The notes: generated by a model not told the origin, from the letters alone. 64,000 bases of DNA from Spirochaetia bacterium (GCA_963662795.1 OY759746.1:800001-864000); one strand, 5' to 3'; numbered from the stretch's first letter, positions 37,961 through 47,594 are shown. Numbers and translations: made by a program.

Positions 37961-39103
37961 TTATTTTGATTTTTCCTGAAGCTCTTTTATAAATTCCCTG
38001 ACTTCTTCCGCCTCAATCCCGCTTTCCTTAAGCTGAAGTTCAAGCTTATCTTCAGTCAAACCGAACCTTTCCATAAAAACCTCCTGGGGCAGGCCGGTCG
38101 CAACAATAATCTCCCTGTAGGTATATTTACCCCTAATGGAATCGGTATCGAATTTCTCAAGATTTTCAGATGTTCCAAGGCTTGCCATTTTCCAGGAGAA
38201 ATCCCCCGTTGCAGTTGTCAGGCCGATAATTCCAAAAAATACCAGGAATGTAATAACAGTGAACCAGGCAGCCTTGATTTTTTTTCTTCCGGACGGGGAT
38301 GCAATAACAAGAGTGTTTTCAACAGGGCATTTATTGACACATTCGTTGCAATTTAAACATTCTGCATCAACAACTTCTTTTGCTTCATGGACTGTGATGT
38401 TTACAGGACATACTTCTGTACAAAGTTCACAGTTGATGCATGTCGCTTCGACCCTTTTAATCCTGAAATATCCTGCTTTACCGAGAATTCCGAGAAATGC
38501 TCCCATTGGACACATATATTTGCAGAAAAACCTGTCATAAAGAAAGGAACCGGCAAACGCAATAAGCAGAACAGCAAATCCTGCCGGAAATTCAATAAAA
38601 AGATCTGCTGACACGATATGGTGATATGCAGCCCACGGGTCATATGGCCTTATTACAAGATAGCCGAGCCTGAATGTTTCTTCCAGAACCAGAACCAGAA
38701 TCAGGTATTTCAGATACCGGAAATATTTATCAGCCTTTTCCGGTATAACAAATCTTTTCTTAAAAAAATTACCCCTCAGTTTTTCAAAAAATTCCTGAAG
38801 AGTTCCAAGCGGACAGATATTGCCGCAGAAAGTCCTTCTGAATGCAAATGCCAGGACAATTGTCGCAATAAGAAGAATAAAACTGCTGAGTGCAATCCTC
38901 TTTAAAAAGCCGCCGGCTGTTATAAAAATGTACAGTGACTCAAGTCCCCCGAACGGGCAGAAAGCATCTATCGGCGCTGCCTTGAAAGAAGTCCCGAACT
39001 GATGCAGCAGCCCCATTACTGTTGAAAGCAGCAGAACAAAAACAAGAACGGAATACCGGATAATTCTTGCTTTTTTATGCTCTGTTTTTAACGTTTTTGC
39101 CAT
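37961..39103 (-). CDS. Membrane 4Fe-4S polyferredoxin (NapH/YccM-like)
   Basis: TM helices, FCGNICPLG, FCKYMCPMG, CINCELCTEVCP, CLNCNECVNKCP. Confidence 0.88.
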   Translation of the reverse strand: MAKTLKTEHKKARIIRYSVLVFVLLLSTVMGLLHQFGTSFKAAPIDAFCPFGGLESLYIFITAGGFLKRIALSSFILLIATIVLAFAFRRTFCGNICPLGTLQEFFEKLRGNFFKKRFVIPEKADKYFRYLKYLILVLVLEETFRLGYLVIRPYDPWAAYHHIVSADLFIEFPAGFAVLLIAFAGSFLYDRFFCKYMCPMGAFLGILGKAGYFRIKRVEATCINCELCTEVCPVNITVHEAKEVVDAECLNCNECVNKCPVENTLVIASPSGRKKIKAAWFTVITFLVFFGIIGLTTATGDFSWKMASLGTSENLEKFDTDSIRGKYTYREIIVATGLPQEVFMERFGLTEDKLELQLKESGIEAEEVREFIKELQEKSK

Positions 39104-39227
39104 GTTTTTAATCCCTTTTTTATTGAATAATTCAGATCATAACATGATTATTATAATATTTAATTGATTTTTATGTACAGGAAAAGTGAATTTCCTGTGA
39201 AGTCCAGACAGCAGCGTTAAGAGTAAT

Positions 39228-39258
39228 AAAAATCAGGCTGATTCAGGAATCAGCCTGA
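39228..39258 (-). terminator. Intrinsic terminator after trpB
   Basis: 11-bp stem tcaggctgatt/aatcagcctga followed by a T-run on the minus strand. Confidence 0.8.
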
Positions 39259-39295
39259 CACATCAGAATAAATGGCTAAACAGTTTCAGAGATGA

Positions 39296-40513
39296 TCAGA
39301 TACCGTAATTTTTTCCGTAATTCTCAACTATATAATCGACATCCTTGTCTCCCCTTCCTGAAAGATTAAGAAGTATTGTTTTGTCTTTGGAAAGCTTCGG
39401 GGCAAGTTTAATTGCATATGCGACAGCGTGTGCGCTTTCAAGAGCCGGGATTATCCCCTCAACCCGTGAAAGGGTAAAAAAAGCATCTATAGCTTCCTTA
39501 TCATTGATGCATTCATATTTTACCCTGCCGATATCCTTGAGATAACTATGCTGAGGTCCGACACCGGGATAATCAAGACCGCTTGCCACGGAGTATACAG
39601 GTTTCGGCTCGCCTTTATCGTCCTGAAGCAGATAGCATTTAAAACCGTGAATCATCCCTGGTGTTCCAAGGGTAAGGGTACATGCGTGCTCACCGTCCTT
39701 GAATCCGGTCCCTGCAGGTTCAACTCCGTAAATATCAACATTCTTTTCATCAAGAAAAGCAGTAAAAAGGCCCATCGCATTTGATCCGCCGCCGACACAT
39801 GCAATCAGGTTATCAGGTAGTTTCCCTGTTTTTTCCATAAACTGATCCCTTGCCTCCTCACCCACAATCTTCTGAAAGTCCCGTACCATCATTGGAAAAG
39901 GATGAGGCCCGACTACAGAACCTATGGCATACAACTGATTAACGGGATCCTTGAGATACCCCATAAATGCTTCGTCAACTGCCTCTTTAAGTGTTTTAAG
40001 GCCTGATTTTACAGGTATGACATTGGCGCCGAGTATCTTCATTCTGACGACGTTCGGATGTTCCTTGGCTATATCCACTTCCCCCATATAAATATCACAT
40101 TCAAGTCCGAGCAACGCGGCCGCTGTCGCAAGCGCAACCCCGTGCTGCCCGGCGCCTGTTTCTGCGATTACCTTTTTCTTGCCCATCTTTTTTGCAAGCA
40201 GGGCTTCGCCCAGACAATGATTTATTTTATGTGCTCCGGTATGATTAAGATCCTCTCTTTTCAGATAAATCTGTGCACCTCCGAGACTTGATGAAAGACG
40301 GGATGCGTGAAATACAGGACTTGGACGGCCGACATAATCCCTGTAAAGGGATTTCAGTTCTGACTGGAAATCCCTGTCATCTTTTAATTCAAGATATGCG
40401 TCGGCAATCTGTTTAAGTATATCATTCAGTACATCGGGGACAAATGATCCCCCGTAATTTCCAAAAAAACCCTGCGCATCCGGTAATGTTTTTAAACTTG
40501 TTCCTGCTTCCAT
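39296..40513 (-). CDS. trpB: Tryptophan synthase beta chain (monocistronic)
   Basis: [43 protein letters not shown]. Confidence 0.96.
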   Translation of the reverse strand: MEAGTSLKTLPDAQGFFGNYGGSFVPDVLNDILKQIADAYLELKDDRDFQSELKSLYRDYVGRPSPVFHASRLSSSLGGAQIYLKREDLNHTGAHKINHCLGEALLAKKMGKKKVIAETGAGQHGVALATAAALLGLECDIYMGEVDIAKEHPNVVRMKILGANVIPVKSGLKTLKEAVDEAFMGYLKDPVNQLYAIGSVVGPHPFPMMVRDFQKIVGEEARDQFMEKTGKLPDNLIACVGGGSNAMGLFTAFLDEKNVDIYGVEPAGTGFKDGEHACTLTLGTPGMIHGFKCYLLQDDKGEPKPVYSVASGLDYPGVGPQHSYLKDIGRVKYECINDKEAIDAFFTLSRVEGIIPALESAHAVAYAIKLAPKLSKDKTILLNLSGRGDKDVDYIVENYGKNYGI

Positions 40514-40666
40514 ATTTATATCCTCCTGCTGTTATTTCTATGGATAGTAACGTTTCTTCACAAAGAAACGTATAATATTAATTAAAACGTGTCAATAAAA
40601 TATTTCAGCGAAGTTGTCCGGAATCTGATATCCGCAACATCGTATTGCTTAAAAATATATAAATCA

Positions 40667-40695
40667 TTGACATAGTATTAAGGTGGGTTTACGAT
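40667..40695 (+). promoter_or_regulatory. sigma70 promoter for the cstA operon
   Basis: TTGACA-N17-TACGAT; GGGAGG SD downstream. Confidence 0.65.
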
Positions 40696-40726
40696 TTAAA
40701 TATTAAAATACTTTTGGGAGGTATAA

Positions 40727-42409
40727 ATGAGTACCATTATTTCGTTGGCGGCGCTGGTGATTTTTTTTGGTTTTTATTTTACTTTTGGTAAAAAACTCCA
40801 GAACAATCTGCTTAAATCACATGAAGCACCGGATGCCCCGTCAAAACGGCTGAGCGATGGGGTGGATTATGTTCCAACCAGCAAATTTGTTCTGTTCGGT
40901 CATCATTTCGCGTCAATTGCGGGCGCAGGTCCTATCGTAGGCCCGGCGATGGCTGTTGCGTGGGGATGGCTTCCTGGTCTTTTATGGATATGGTTTGGCA
41001 ATATCTTTATTGGAGCCATTCATGATTATCTTTCACTGACAGCTTCAGTAAGATATGACGGAAGATCTGTACAGTTTGTTGCCCAGGACCTTATCGGTAA
41101 AAAAGCAGGAAAGGCATTCGGCTGGTTTATTCTTTTCCTGTGTATTCTGGTTGTTGCGGCATTCGGAGCAATAGTATCAGGTCAGTTCGCAGCAGGCAAC
41201 GGAGAAGTCGCTTCTACATTCTTTCTCTTCTGTGCAGCTGCAATAATTCTCGGTTTTCTTATGTACAGGACGAAACTCGGCATGCTTGTAAGTACGCTTA
41301 TAGGTCTTGTACTTCTTGTACTGGCATTCTGGATTGGAAGCAATTACGGTATCAAGGCATCATCAAATACATGGTATCTGGTACTTCTCATTTATGTAGT
41401 AGTAGCTTCAGCCCTGCCGGTTAATTTCCTTCTTCAGCCGAGAGATTATCTCAACTCATTCCTTCTTTATTTCGGCCTTCTTGCGGGAGGACTTGCCGCA
41501 GTTATTGCATTCAAGGGATTTGATTCCGTTCCTGTATTTACAAGCTTCAGCGCAAAACTTATTGGCGGTCAGCCTTCACCATTCTGGCCGACAGTACCCC
41601 TTGTAATAGCATGCGGTGCCCTTTCAGGATTTCACTCACTTGTTGCTTCAGGAACAAGTTCAAAACAGCTGAGAGAAGAAAACGACGCACTTTTTGTCGG
41701 ATACGGAGCTATGCTTACTGAAGGTTTTCTTGCGACAATAGTTGTAGTTTCCATAGCCGGATTCGGAACACTTGCACTTGGAGACAAGGTAATGTCAACA
41801 GGCGCTCTACCCCGTTTCACACAGTCATTCGGGGCAATGGTCAACTCGGCCTTCCCATTCATGACAACTAAATTCATGGCACTGTTCGCATCAATCTGGG
41901 TTTCTTCATTTGCCCTTACAACACTTGATACAACAAACAGACTTGGACGCTATATAGTTGGAGAACTCGCGCTTCCACTCAAGGAAAAGTCCCCCGGAGC
42001 ATATTCAATGTTTGCAAATAAATGGGTTGCTTCATTTATTATCGCAATCTGCGGTATAGGACTTGCATGGACAGGAAACTATACAGTACTCTGGCCCGCA
42101 TTCTCGGGAGCCAATCAGCTTATCGCATCTATAGTAATGCTTACTGCAGCACTCTGGGTCAAGAAAAAACTGAACGACAAATATACCAATATTGTTCTTT
42201 ATCCTGCTATTATCCTCTGGATTACAGTAACTGCCGGTCTTATCTGGTATGAATTTGTAATTATACCGCTGCACTTCAAGGATATGGCTAACATAAAGAA
42301 TGTTGTTACAGGTTCTGTTGTCGGGGCAATTACACTTTTCATGCTTGTTATGAATGTTGTAATGATTCTCCAGTTTTCAAAAAATTTAAAAAATGTAAAA
42401 GCAGATTAA
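40727..42409 (+). CDS. cstA: Carbon starvation protein A family transporter
   Basis: DGVDYVPT, GHHFASIAGAGPIVGP, LLQPRDY, IACGALSGFHSL, GYGAMLTEG. Confidence 0.93.
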   Translation: MSTIISLAALVIFFGFYFTFGKKLQNNLLKSHEAPDAPSKRLSDGVDYVPTSKFVLFGHHFASIAGAGPIVGPAMAVAWGWLPGLLWIWFGNIFIGAIHDYLSLTASVRYDGRSVQFVAQDLIGKKAGKAFGWFILFLCILVVAAFGAIVSGQFAAGNGEVASTFFLFCAAAIILGFLMYRTKLGMLVSTLIGLVLLVLAFWIGSNYGIKASSNTWYLVLLIYVVVASALPVNFLLQPRDYLNSFLLYFGLLAGGLAAVIAFKGFDSVPVFTSFSAKLIGGQPSPFWPTVPLVIACGALSGFHSLVASGTSSKQLREENDALFVGYGAMLTEGFLATIVVVSIAGFGTLALGDKVMSTGALPRFTQSFGAMVNSAFPFMTTKFMALFASIWVSSFALTTLDTTNRLGRYIVGELALPLKEKSPGAYSMFANKWVASFIIAICGIGLAWTGNYTVLWPAFSGANQLIASIVMLTAALWVKKKLNDKYTNIVLYPAIILWITVTAGLIWYEFVIIPLHFKDMANIKNVVTGSVVGAITLFMLVMNVVMILQFSKNLKNVKAD

Positions 42410-42451
42410 TTAAAACAAAATAATATTCTGTTTTTTATAGTAATTAATAAA

Positions 42452-42489
42452 AAAGGAGCCTGCCTTGATTTATCCATGCAGGCTCCTTT
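42452..42489 (+). terminator. Intercistronic stem-loop after cstA (partial terminator or stabiliser)
   Basis: 12-bp stem aaaggagcctgc/gcaggctccttt; only a short T-tail on the plus strand. Confidence 0.6.
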
Positions 42490-42507
42490 CACAATAAAGG
42501 CTGATAA

Positions 42508-42795
42508 ATGATCAATTTCAAAAAAATCCGCAAAGGCATTGGCCTGTTCTGGGATGTTGTGGTACAGGTACAGCGCAATAAAGCTACAGAAATAATAGAA
42601 TTTGAACTTAAAGAGCTGGAAAATATCTTTGTAATTCTTCTTATGGGAAGCTTCATAGGGCTTCCGTCTCCCCCTGCGGCTATGGCTATGGAACTTATTC
42701 CGTATCTTGAAGATGAGATAAGGCTTATGACTGCAAGGTCGGACTTTGCCCAGGATCCAATCGGCGGTCTTGCCGGTATACTGGATATTGGATAG
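42508..42795 (+). CDS. Small cstA-associated hydrophobic protein (resembles cory-CC-star family)
   Basis: ELENIFVILLMGSFIGLPSPP...ELIPY; lies between cstA and the ArsA-like ATPase. Confidence 0.7.
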   Translation: MINFKKIRKGIGLFWDVVVQVQRNKATEIIEFELKELENIFVILLMGSFIGLPSPPAAMAMELIPYLEDEIRLMTARSDFAQDPIGGLAGILDIG

Positions 42796-42883
42796 TTTTA
42801 TATTATCGGCAGGTGGAAGGTCTGTACGGCCGGCTGATAATTCAGGAATGAACATAATATCGAGTTAACGTGAGGTAAACTGA

Positions 42884-43816
42884 ATGAAAAAAGTCCTTTT
42901 TTTTATGGGGAAGGGAGGCGTCGGTAAAACAACATTGTCCTCTTCGACAGCATTCCAGCTCAGCCGCAAAGGAAACAAAGTCCTCATTGTTTCACTGGAC
43001 CCGGCACACAATCTCGGCGACGTTTTCTACTGCAATCTGAAAAATGATAAAAGCAGCATCTCCCCCGGCTTAGACGGTATTGAAATCGACCTTGCAAAAT
43101 GGGTTATCAAATACCTTGAAACAAGCAAAGACGAAATCAGGGACACATACAGATACAATGTAAGCATAAATATTGACTCGTATATTAATATTCTGAAATA
43201 TTCTCCCGGGACCGAAGAGTATGCGGTCCTATGGGCAATAGAGTATATCTATACCACCTATCACAGCCAATATGATTACATAATTTTTGACACCCCGCCT
43301 ACAGCACTTACCATGAGGTTTCTTGCCATGCCTTCCATCTCCATGATGTGGATAAATGAACTTAAAAGCATGAGGGAAAAAATCCTGGCCAAAAGGCAGA
43401 CAATTTTAAAACTGAACCCTGATGCTACTGTAATAAAAGGAGTTACAGAAGTAAAAGACGATGCAGTTTCCGGAAAACTGGGGTCAATCCGTACAAGACT
43501 TGAAAAGCTGCATACAATTTTTTCAGAAGAAAGCTATATGTCAATTGTTATAAATAATGATGAATTATCCCTGTCTGAATCACGCAGGATTCTGCAGGAA
43601 CTTGACAAGCTTGATGTAAAAATAAACAGTATATGCCTGAATAAGCTTAATCCTGAAATAACTGATCTTGAGAACTTAAAAAAGAAATTCAATAGTTTTC
43701 CGGTCTTTACATCTTACCAGCTGCCGGAAGGTCTGATAAGAAGAGAAGATCTTGGACGGATTCAAATTGACGAACTTGTAAACAATATAATAGAAACAAC
43801 CAGGGGCAATGAATGA
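42884..43816 (+). CDS. Single-domain ArsA/Get3 (TRC40) family ATPase
   Basis: GKGGVGKT, DPAHNLGD, PGTEE, FDTPPT. Confidence 0.9.
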   Translation: MKKVLFFMGKGGVGKTTLSSSTAFQLSRKGNKVLIVSLDPAHNLGDVFYCNLKNDKSSISPGLDGIEIDLAKWVIKYLETSKDEIRDTYRYNVSINIDSYINILKYSPGTEEYAVLWAIEYIYTTYHSQYDYIIFDTPPTALTMRFLAMPSISMMWINELKSMREKILAKRQTILKLNPDATVIKGVTEVKDDAVSGKLGSIRTRLEKLHTIFSEESYMSIVINNDELSLSESRRILQELDKLDVKINSICLNKLNPEITDLENLKKKFNSFPVFTSYQLPEGLIRREDLGRIQIDELVNNIIETTRGNE

Positions 43817-44463
43817 ACATTTATATTTTTCCGCTGATAGCATTGGCAATTTTTGCGACACTCGGATACTTCAGGGGCAAGAAAAAAAACGCATGGATAT
43901 CTGGATGGATAAGCCGGGAAGCCGAAGAGGCCCTAAAACCTGAAGATACAGACTACGTTAATATAGGCGGAACAATAGGATACAATTTTACCTATAAAAT
44001 GAAAGGACAGTTCCGTGAAGCATCAGGCACCATAACGATGCTCCCCCGCCAGTCAGTATTATATTTTCCCATCTCTCTTCTCACGGCAAAACATGACAGA
44101 GTCTATATCAACCTAAAAGCTAACGGTAAACTTGCCGGGGAAGGGCACATAGTTTCAGAAAAATACATAAGATCCGCGCGCAGCCTTATTTCCGGTTACA
44201 ATAATTTTCACAATACTGAATACTCATCTAACGGATCAAAATTTTATATCCTTTCAAAAACCCGGGCTGTTGAAAAAATGCTTATAAGTTTTGTTGATAA
44301 AACTGAATCAATTATTAATCTTCGCCATTTCTGCTGTTTTCCGGATAATAAAAATTTTTTTATTTTCATTAAACCGGTTCGGGGAGAACTTATGAAATTT
44401 CTGAAATCTGCAATTCCCGAACTTGATGTTTTTTATATTAAAGGTAAAAAAAATGATGAATGA
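43813..44463 (+). CDS. Single-pass membrane protein, possible CCDC47/DUF1682-like domain
   Basis: N-terminal TM, then YFRGKKKN..W and LPRQSVL...D.VYI patterns; ATGA overlap with the ATPase. Confidence 0.65.
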   Translation: MNIYIFPLIALAIFATLGYFRGKKKNAWISGWISREAEEALKPEDTDYVNIGGTIGYNFTYKMKGQFREASGTITMLPRQSVLYFPISLLTAKHDRVYINLKANGKLAGEGHIVSEKYIRSARSLISGYNNFHNTEYSSNGSKFYILSKTRAVEKMLISFVDKTESIINLRHFCCFPDNKNFFIFIKPVRGELMKFLKSAIPELDVFYIKGKKNDE

Positions 44464-44728
44464 GGAAATGAAGAAAAAGATTGATGCAGTTCTTGATACA
44501 GTAAAAGATCCGGAATCTTTCCGAAGTGTGTCACAGCTTAACCTTGTAAAAAAAGTTACCTACAGCGAAAGTCATAAAAAACTTGTTGTACAGACAGACA
44601 TTGGGGAACCCCGTTCGACCTGCATAGTCTGCGGTGTTGTAAACGAAACACTAAGACAGTCGATAATGAGGAATCTGAAAGAAGAATTTGATAAAAATTT
44701 CCCTGACCTGGATGTTGAAGTTATTTAA
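44453..44728 (+). CDS. DUF59/MIP18-like protein with CxxC
   Basis: VLDTVKDPES..SVSQLNLV motif, CIVC; overlaps the upstream stop. Confidence 0.7.
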   Translation: MMNEEMKKKIDAVLDTVKDPESFRSVSQLNLVKKVTYSESHKKLVVQTDIGEPRSTCIVCGVVNETLRQSIMRNLKEEFDKNFPDLDVEVI

Positions 44729-44755
44729 ACAGCAGTAATATCATAAATCCCGGAC

Positions 44756-45145
44756 TTATAAAGTCCTGCCTGTCTTTACCACAAGTTGCGATAATGTAAA
44801 TCCAAGAAATATCAGGCTTATTCCAATTATTGTATTGATAAGTATATTTAAAACTGCAGCACGAATCTCGGCTTTTGCAAAGAGATTGAATGTTTCAAGT
44901 CCGAATGCTGAGAATGTTGTAAACCCGCCCGCAAGACCTGCAAAAATAAAAAGCCTTATATTCGGAGAAATAATCCATTTATCAAAAAATCCTGAAAAAA
45001 AACCAATTAAAAGACATCCCGTAAGGTTGACGGCAAGGGTGCCGACCGGAAAGGATGTTCCGAACAGGCTGTGTGTCCATTTTGAGAGCAGGTACCTGAG
45101 CAAACCGCCCGTCCCGCTTCCGATTGCAATATAAAGATATTCCAT
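44756..45145 (-). CDS. crcB: Fluoride channel FluC/CrcB
   Basis: GGLLRY, FPVGTLAVN, GGFTTFSAF; GGAGG SD before ATG 45145. Confidence 0.93.
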   Translation of the reverse strand: MEYLYIAIGSGTGGLLRYLLSKWTHSLFGTSFPVGTLAVNLTGCLLIGFFSGFFDKWIISPNIRLFIFAGLAGGFTTFSAFGLETFNLFAKAEIRAAVLNILINTIIGISLIFLGFTLSQLVVKTGRTL

Positions 45146-45323
45146 ATCCTCCCAGTATATTGATAAAAAATATTTATGGGAATAAGAATCATATTTTTTT
45201 AAAGTCTGAAAGAAAGTTATTTTTTCATTTTCGTTGATTATCAGTATGTGATATGCTATCCTTTTTAACAGCAATAACTATATATAATTATCTTAAGCAG
45301 CTTGACAGGGGAGAATTGCCATT

Positions 45324-46664
45324 ATGAACACTCCGGACTCCGGCCGGTCTTTTTCAGGATCTTCACACAGATTTTTGTCTATGGCAAAAAATTATCTTGT
45401 TAATATTTTTACAGATAAAAGCGGAAGATGGAAAATCTATACGTTGATTTTTTCCCTTACAATATTTATTTTTTCGATAATCACCACACAGGTTGTAGAA
45501 AGCCGCCAAAACAGCAAAAACAGCAATGCAATAAGCTCTGTCAACCATTTTTTCACTGAAATAAACAGGTATGAAAAAGATGTAGTAATTAAAAGCGGGG
45601 AGACTCTTGCATCAATTTTATATGACCTGGGAATAAATAAAATTGATGCCGCAGATATTATTGAAAGCGTAAGCTCACTTTACAATCTCAAATATCTTCA
45701 GCCGGGGAAAAAAATAAGATTCGTAATATTTGAAAACGGCGGGGAAAATCTCCCTGTTGTAGAACTGCTCAAAATGGAAAAAACACCTGGCACAGAACTG
45801 AGGGTCTGCGCCAGGAACGGCAAATATGAGGCAAAACTGGTATCGGTAAAAACAATAAAAGTTCGAACTGCTGCTGAAGGGGTAATAACAAACAGCCTTT
45901 ACAGCGATGCGGCGCTTACAGGGATTCCCGATTCCGCAATTATGGAAATGTTTCAGCTCTTCTCATTCGATGTCGATTTCCAGAGAGATATTTACAGCGG
46001 AGACAGATTCAGGGTCCTTTTTGAAAATATAATAAATATGGACGGAGAAGTTGTCTCAAAAGGGAATATCGTTTTTGCCCAGCTCCAGATGAACAATAAA
46101 GACCACAAGGTGTACAGATTTGTCTGTGATGACGGAAAAACAGACTATTTCAGCGAAACCGGCATTAACATAAGGAAAACCCTGCTTAAAACACCTATCT
46201 ACGGAGCAAGGATTTCTTCCGGTTACGGAAGAAGGGAACACCCGATTTACGGCTATTCACAGTTTCATCAGGCCCTTGATTTTGCAGCTCCAAGGGATAC
46301 ACCGATAATCGCATCAGGTTCCGGAGTTGTAAAACTTGCAGACTGGAACGGCAGCTATGGGAAATGCGTAATAATTCAGCACTCAAATCAGTACCAGACT
46401 CTTTACGCGCACATGAATTCCTTTGCAAATAATATCAGAAGGGGAAAATCTGTAAGACAGGGTGAAATAATCGGCTATGTAGGAACAACAGGCGTTTCTA
46501 CAGGAAACCATCTTCATTATGAAGTGATCTTCAGGGGTCATAGATTAAATCCGTCTACGATAAAAACCCCTCCTGAAAAAAAATTGACGGAAGCTGAACT
46601 GGAACGTTTTCTGAAGGAAGTTGAAAAAATCAATATTGAGTACAGGAATGCATTGAAAATCTGA
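45324..46664 (+). CDS. M23 murein DD-endopeptidase (MepM-like)
   Basis: N-terminal TM, FSFDVDFQRDI, HQALD, YAHM, HLHYEV. Confidence 0.9.
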   Translation: MNTPDSGRSFSGSSHRFLSMAKNYLVNIFTDKSGRWKIYTLIFSLTIFIFSIITTQVVESRQNSKNSNAISSVNHFFTEINRYEKDVVIKSGETLASILYDLGINKIDAADIIESVSSLYNLKYLQPGKKIRFVIFENGGENLPVVELLKMEKTPGTELRVCARNGKYEAKLVSVKTIKVRTAAEGVITNSLYSDAALTGIPDSAIMEMFQLFSFDVDFQRDIYSGDRFRVLFENIINMDGEVVSKGNIVFAQLQMNNKDHKVYRFVCDDGKTDYFSETGINIRKTLLKTPIYGARISSGYGRREHPIYGYSQFHQALDFAAPRDTPIIASGSGVVKLADWNGSYGKCVIIQHSNQYQTLYAHMNSFANNIRRGKSVRQGEIIGYVGTTGVSTGNHLHYEVIFRGHRLNPSTIKTPPEKKLTEAELERFLKEVEKINIEYRNALKI

Positions 46665-46780
46665 TTTTTTTAAGAATCCCTGATAATAGTAAAGCTATAT
46701 TATCTAACTAATCTTTTCATAAACTGCTAATTATTATATAGTTTGGGTCTAAAAATTTTTATCAGGAGTGTTATGCAATA

Positions 46781-46981
46781 ATGTCATTTTCAGCAAAAAA
46801 AATACTTGGGATAATAATGATTCTTATTGGAGTTGTTTTTTTCCTTTTTGAATTCAAAGCCCTTCCTCACAATCCGGCAGACCCTCAGAAGTGGGATCAG
46901 CTTCATTCTAAATATTTCAGACAGATAAGAATGTCAGGAAGAGTTTTTCTCCTGCTCGGCCTTACCTTTGCTTTAACCTGA
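46781..46981 (+). CDS. Small two-TM hypothetical protein
   Basis: 66 aa, two hydrophobic segments, AGGAG upstream. Confidence 0.55.
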   Translation: MSFSAKKILGIIMILIGVVFFLFEFKALPHNPADPQKWDQLHSKYFRQIRMSGRVFLLLGLTFALT

Positions 46982-47033
46982 GCTTAATAATACTTCAATT
47001 GAAGTAAAAATTAAGCTCTATACAGAAAAGATT

Positions 47034-47510
47034 TTATCCCTTTTTCAAAGGAAAACCCTGTGCAAGTTCATCACTGTAGGAATCACGGATTTCCTTGACC
47101 TTGACATCGAAAAAAAGCGGTTTTCCTGCAAGGGGATGATTCGCGTCAACAAGAACTTTATCCCCATTTACCTCAAGAACTGTCAGTATATAGGGTGTAT
47201 CATTTATTACTGTTTCAAACTCCATGCCTGCTTTTACTTCAGGGCTCTCTGTATCCCTGAAATTCTCAGCAGGTACAGAAAACACCATGTTTTCATCCCT
47301 TTTGCCATATGCTTTTTCAGGGGGAACAGAAGCAGTAAAAGAATCGCCCTGCTTTTTCCCCTCAAGAGCTTCCTCAAGTCCCTGAATTATATTTTTAAAC
47401 CCGTGAAGATAAGTCAGGGGGCCGTTTTTTTCACTTGAATCAATAACCTGATCCTTTTCATTTTTCAGAACATATTCAATTGTAACAACCATTTTCCTTT
47501 TTACTGTCAA
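47034..47510 (-). CDS. slyD: FKBP-type PPIase SlyD (no His-rich tail)
   Basis: YLHG..NIIQGLEEAL, PEKAYG, VDANHPLAG. Confidence 0.9.
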   Translation of the reverse strand: MTVKRKMVVTIEYVLKNEKDQVIDSSEKNGPLTYLHGFKNIIQGLEEALEGKKQGDSFTASVPPEKAYGKRDENMVFSVPAENFRDTESPEVKAGMEFETVINDTPYILTVLEVNGDKVLVDANHPLAGKPLFFDVKVKEIRDSYSDELAQGFPLKKG

Positions 47511-47594
47511 TTCATTCCCCTGTTATTTATTATTTTATTTTTATAATATGGTAAAAGCTTATTATATTCAAGATTATCACACAAAAGGCTGAAT

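Noticed and set aside
42884-43816. Arsenic resistance operon
   Set aside because: No arsR, arsB, acr3, arsC or arsD, and the metalloid-ligand residues are not evident
45146-45323. Fluoride riboswitch upstream of crcB
   Set aside because: Region is AT-rich, and no GGCGATGG..TCGCC / TGATGAC core was found on the minus strand
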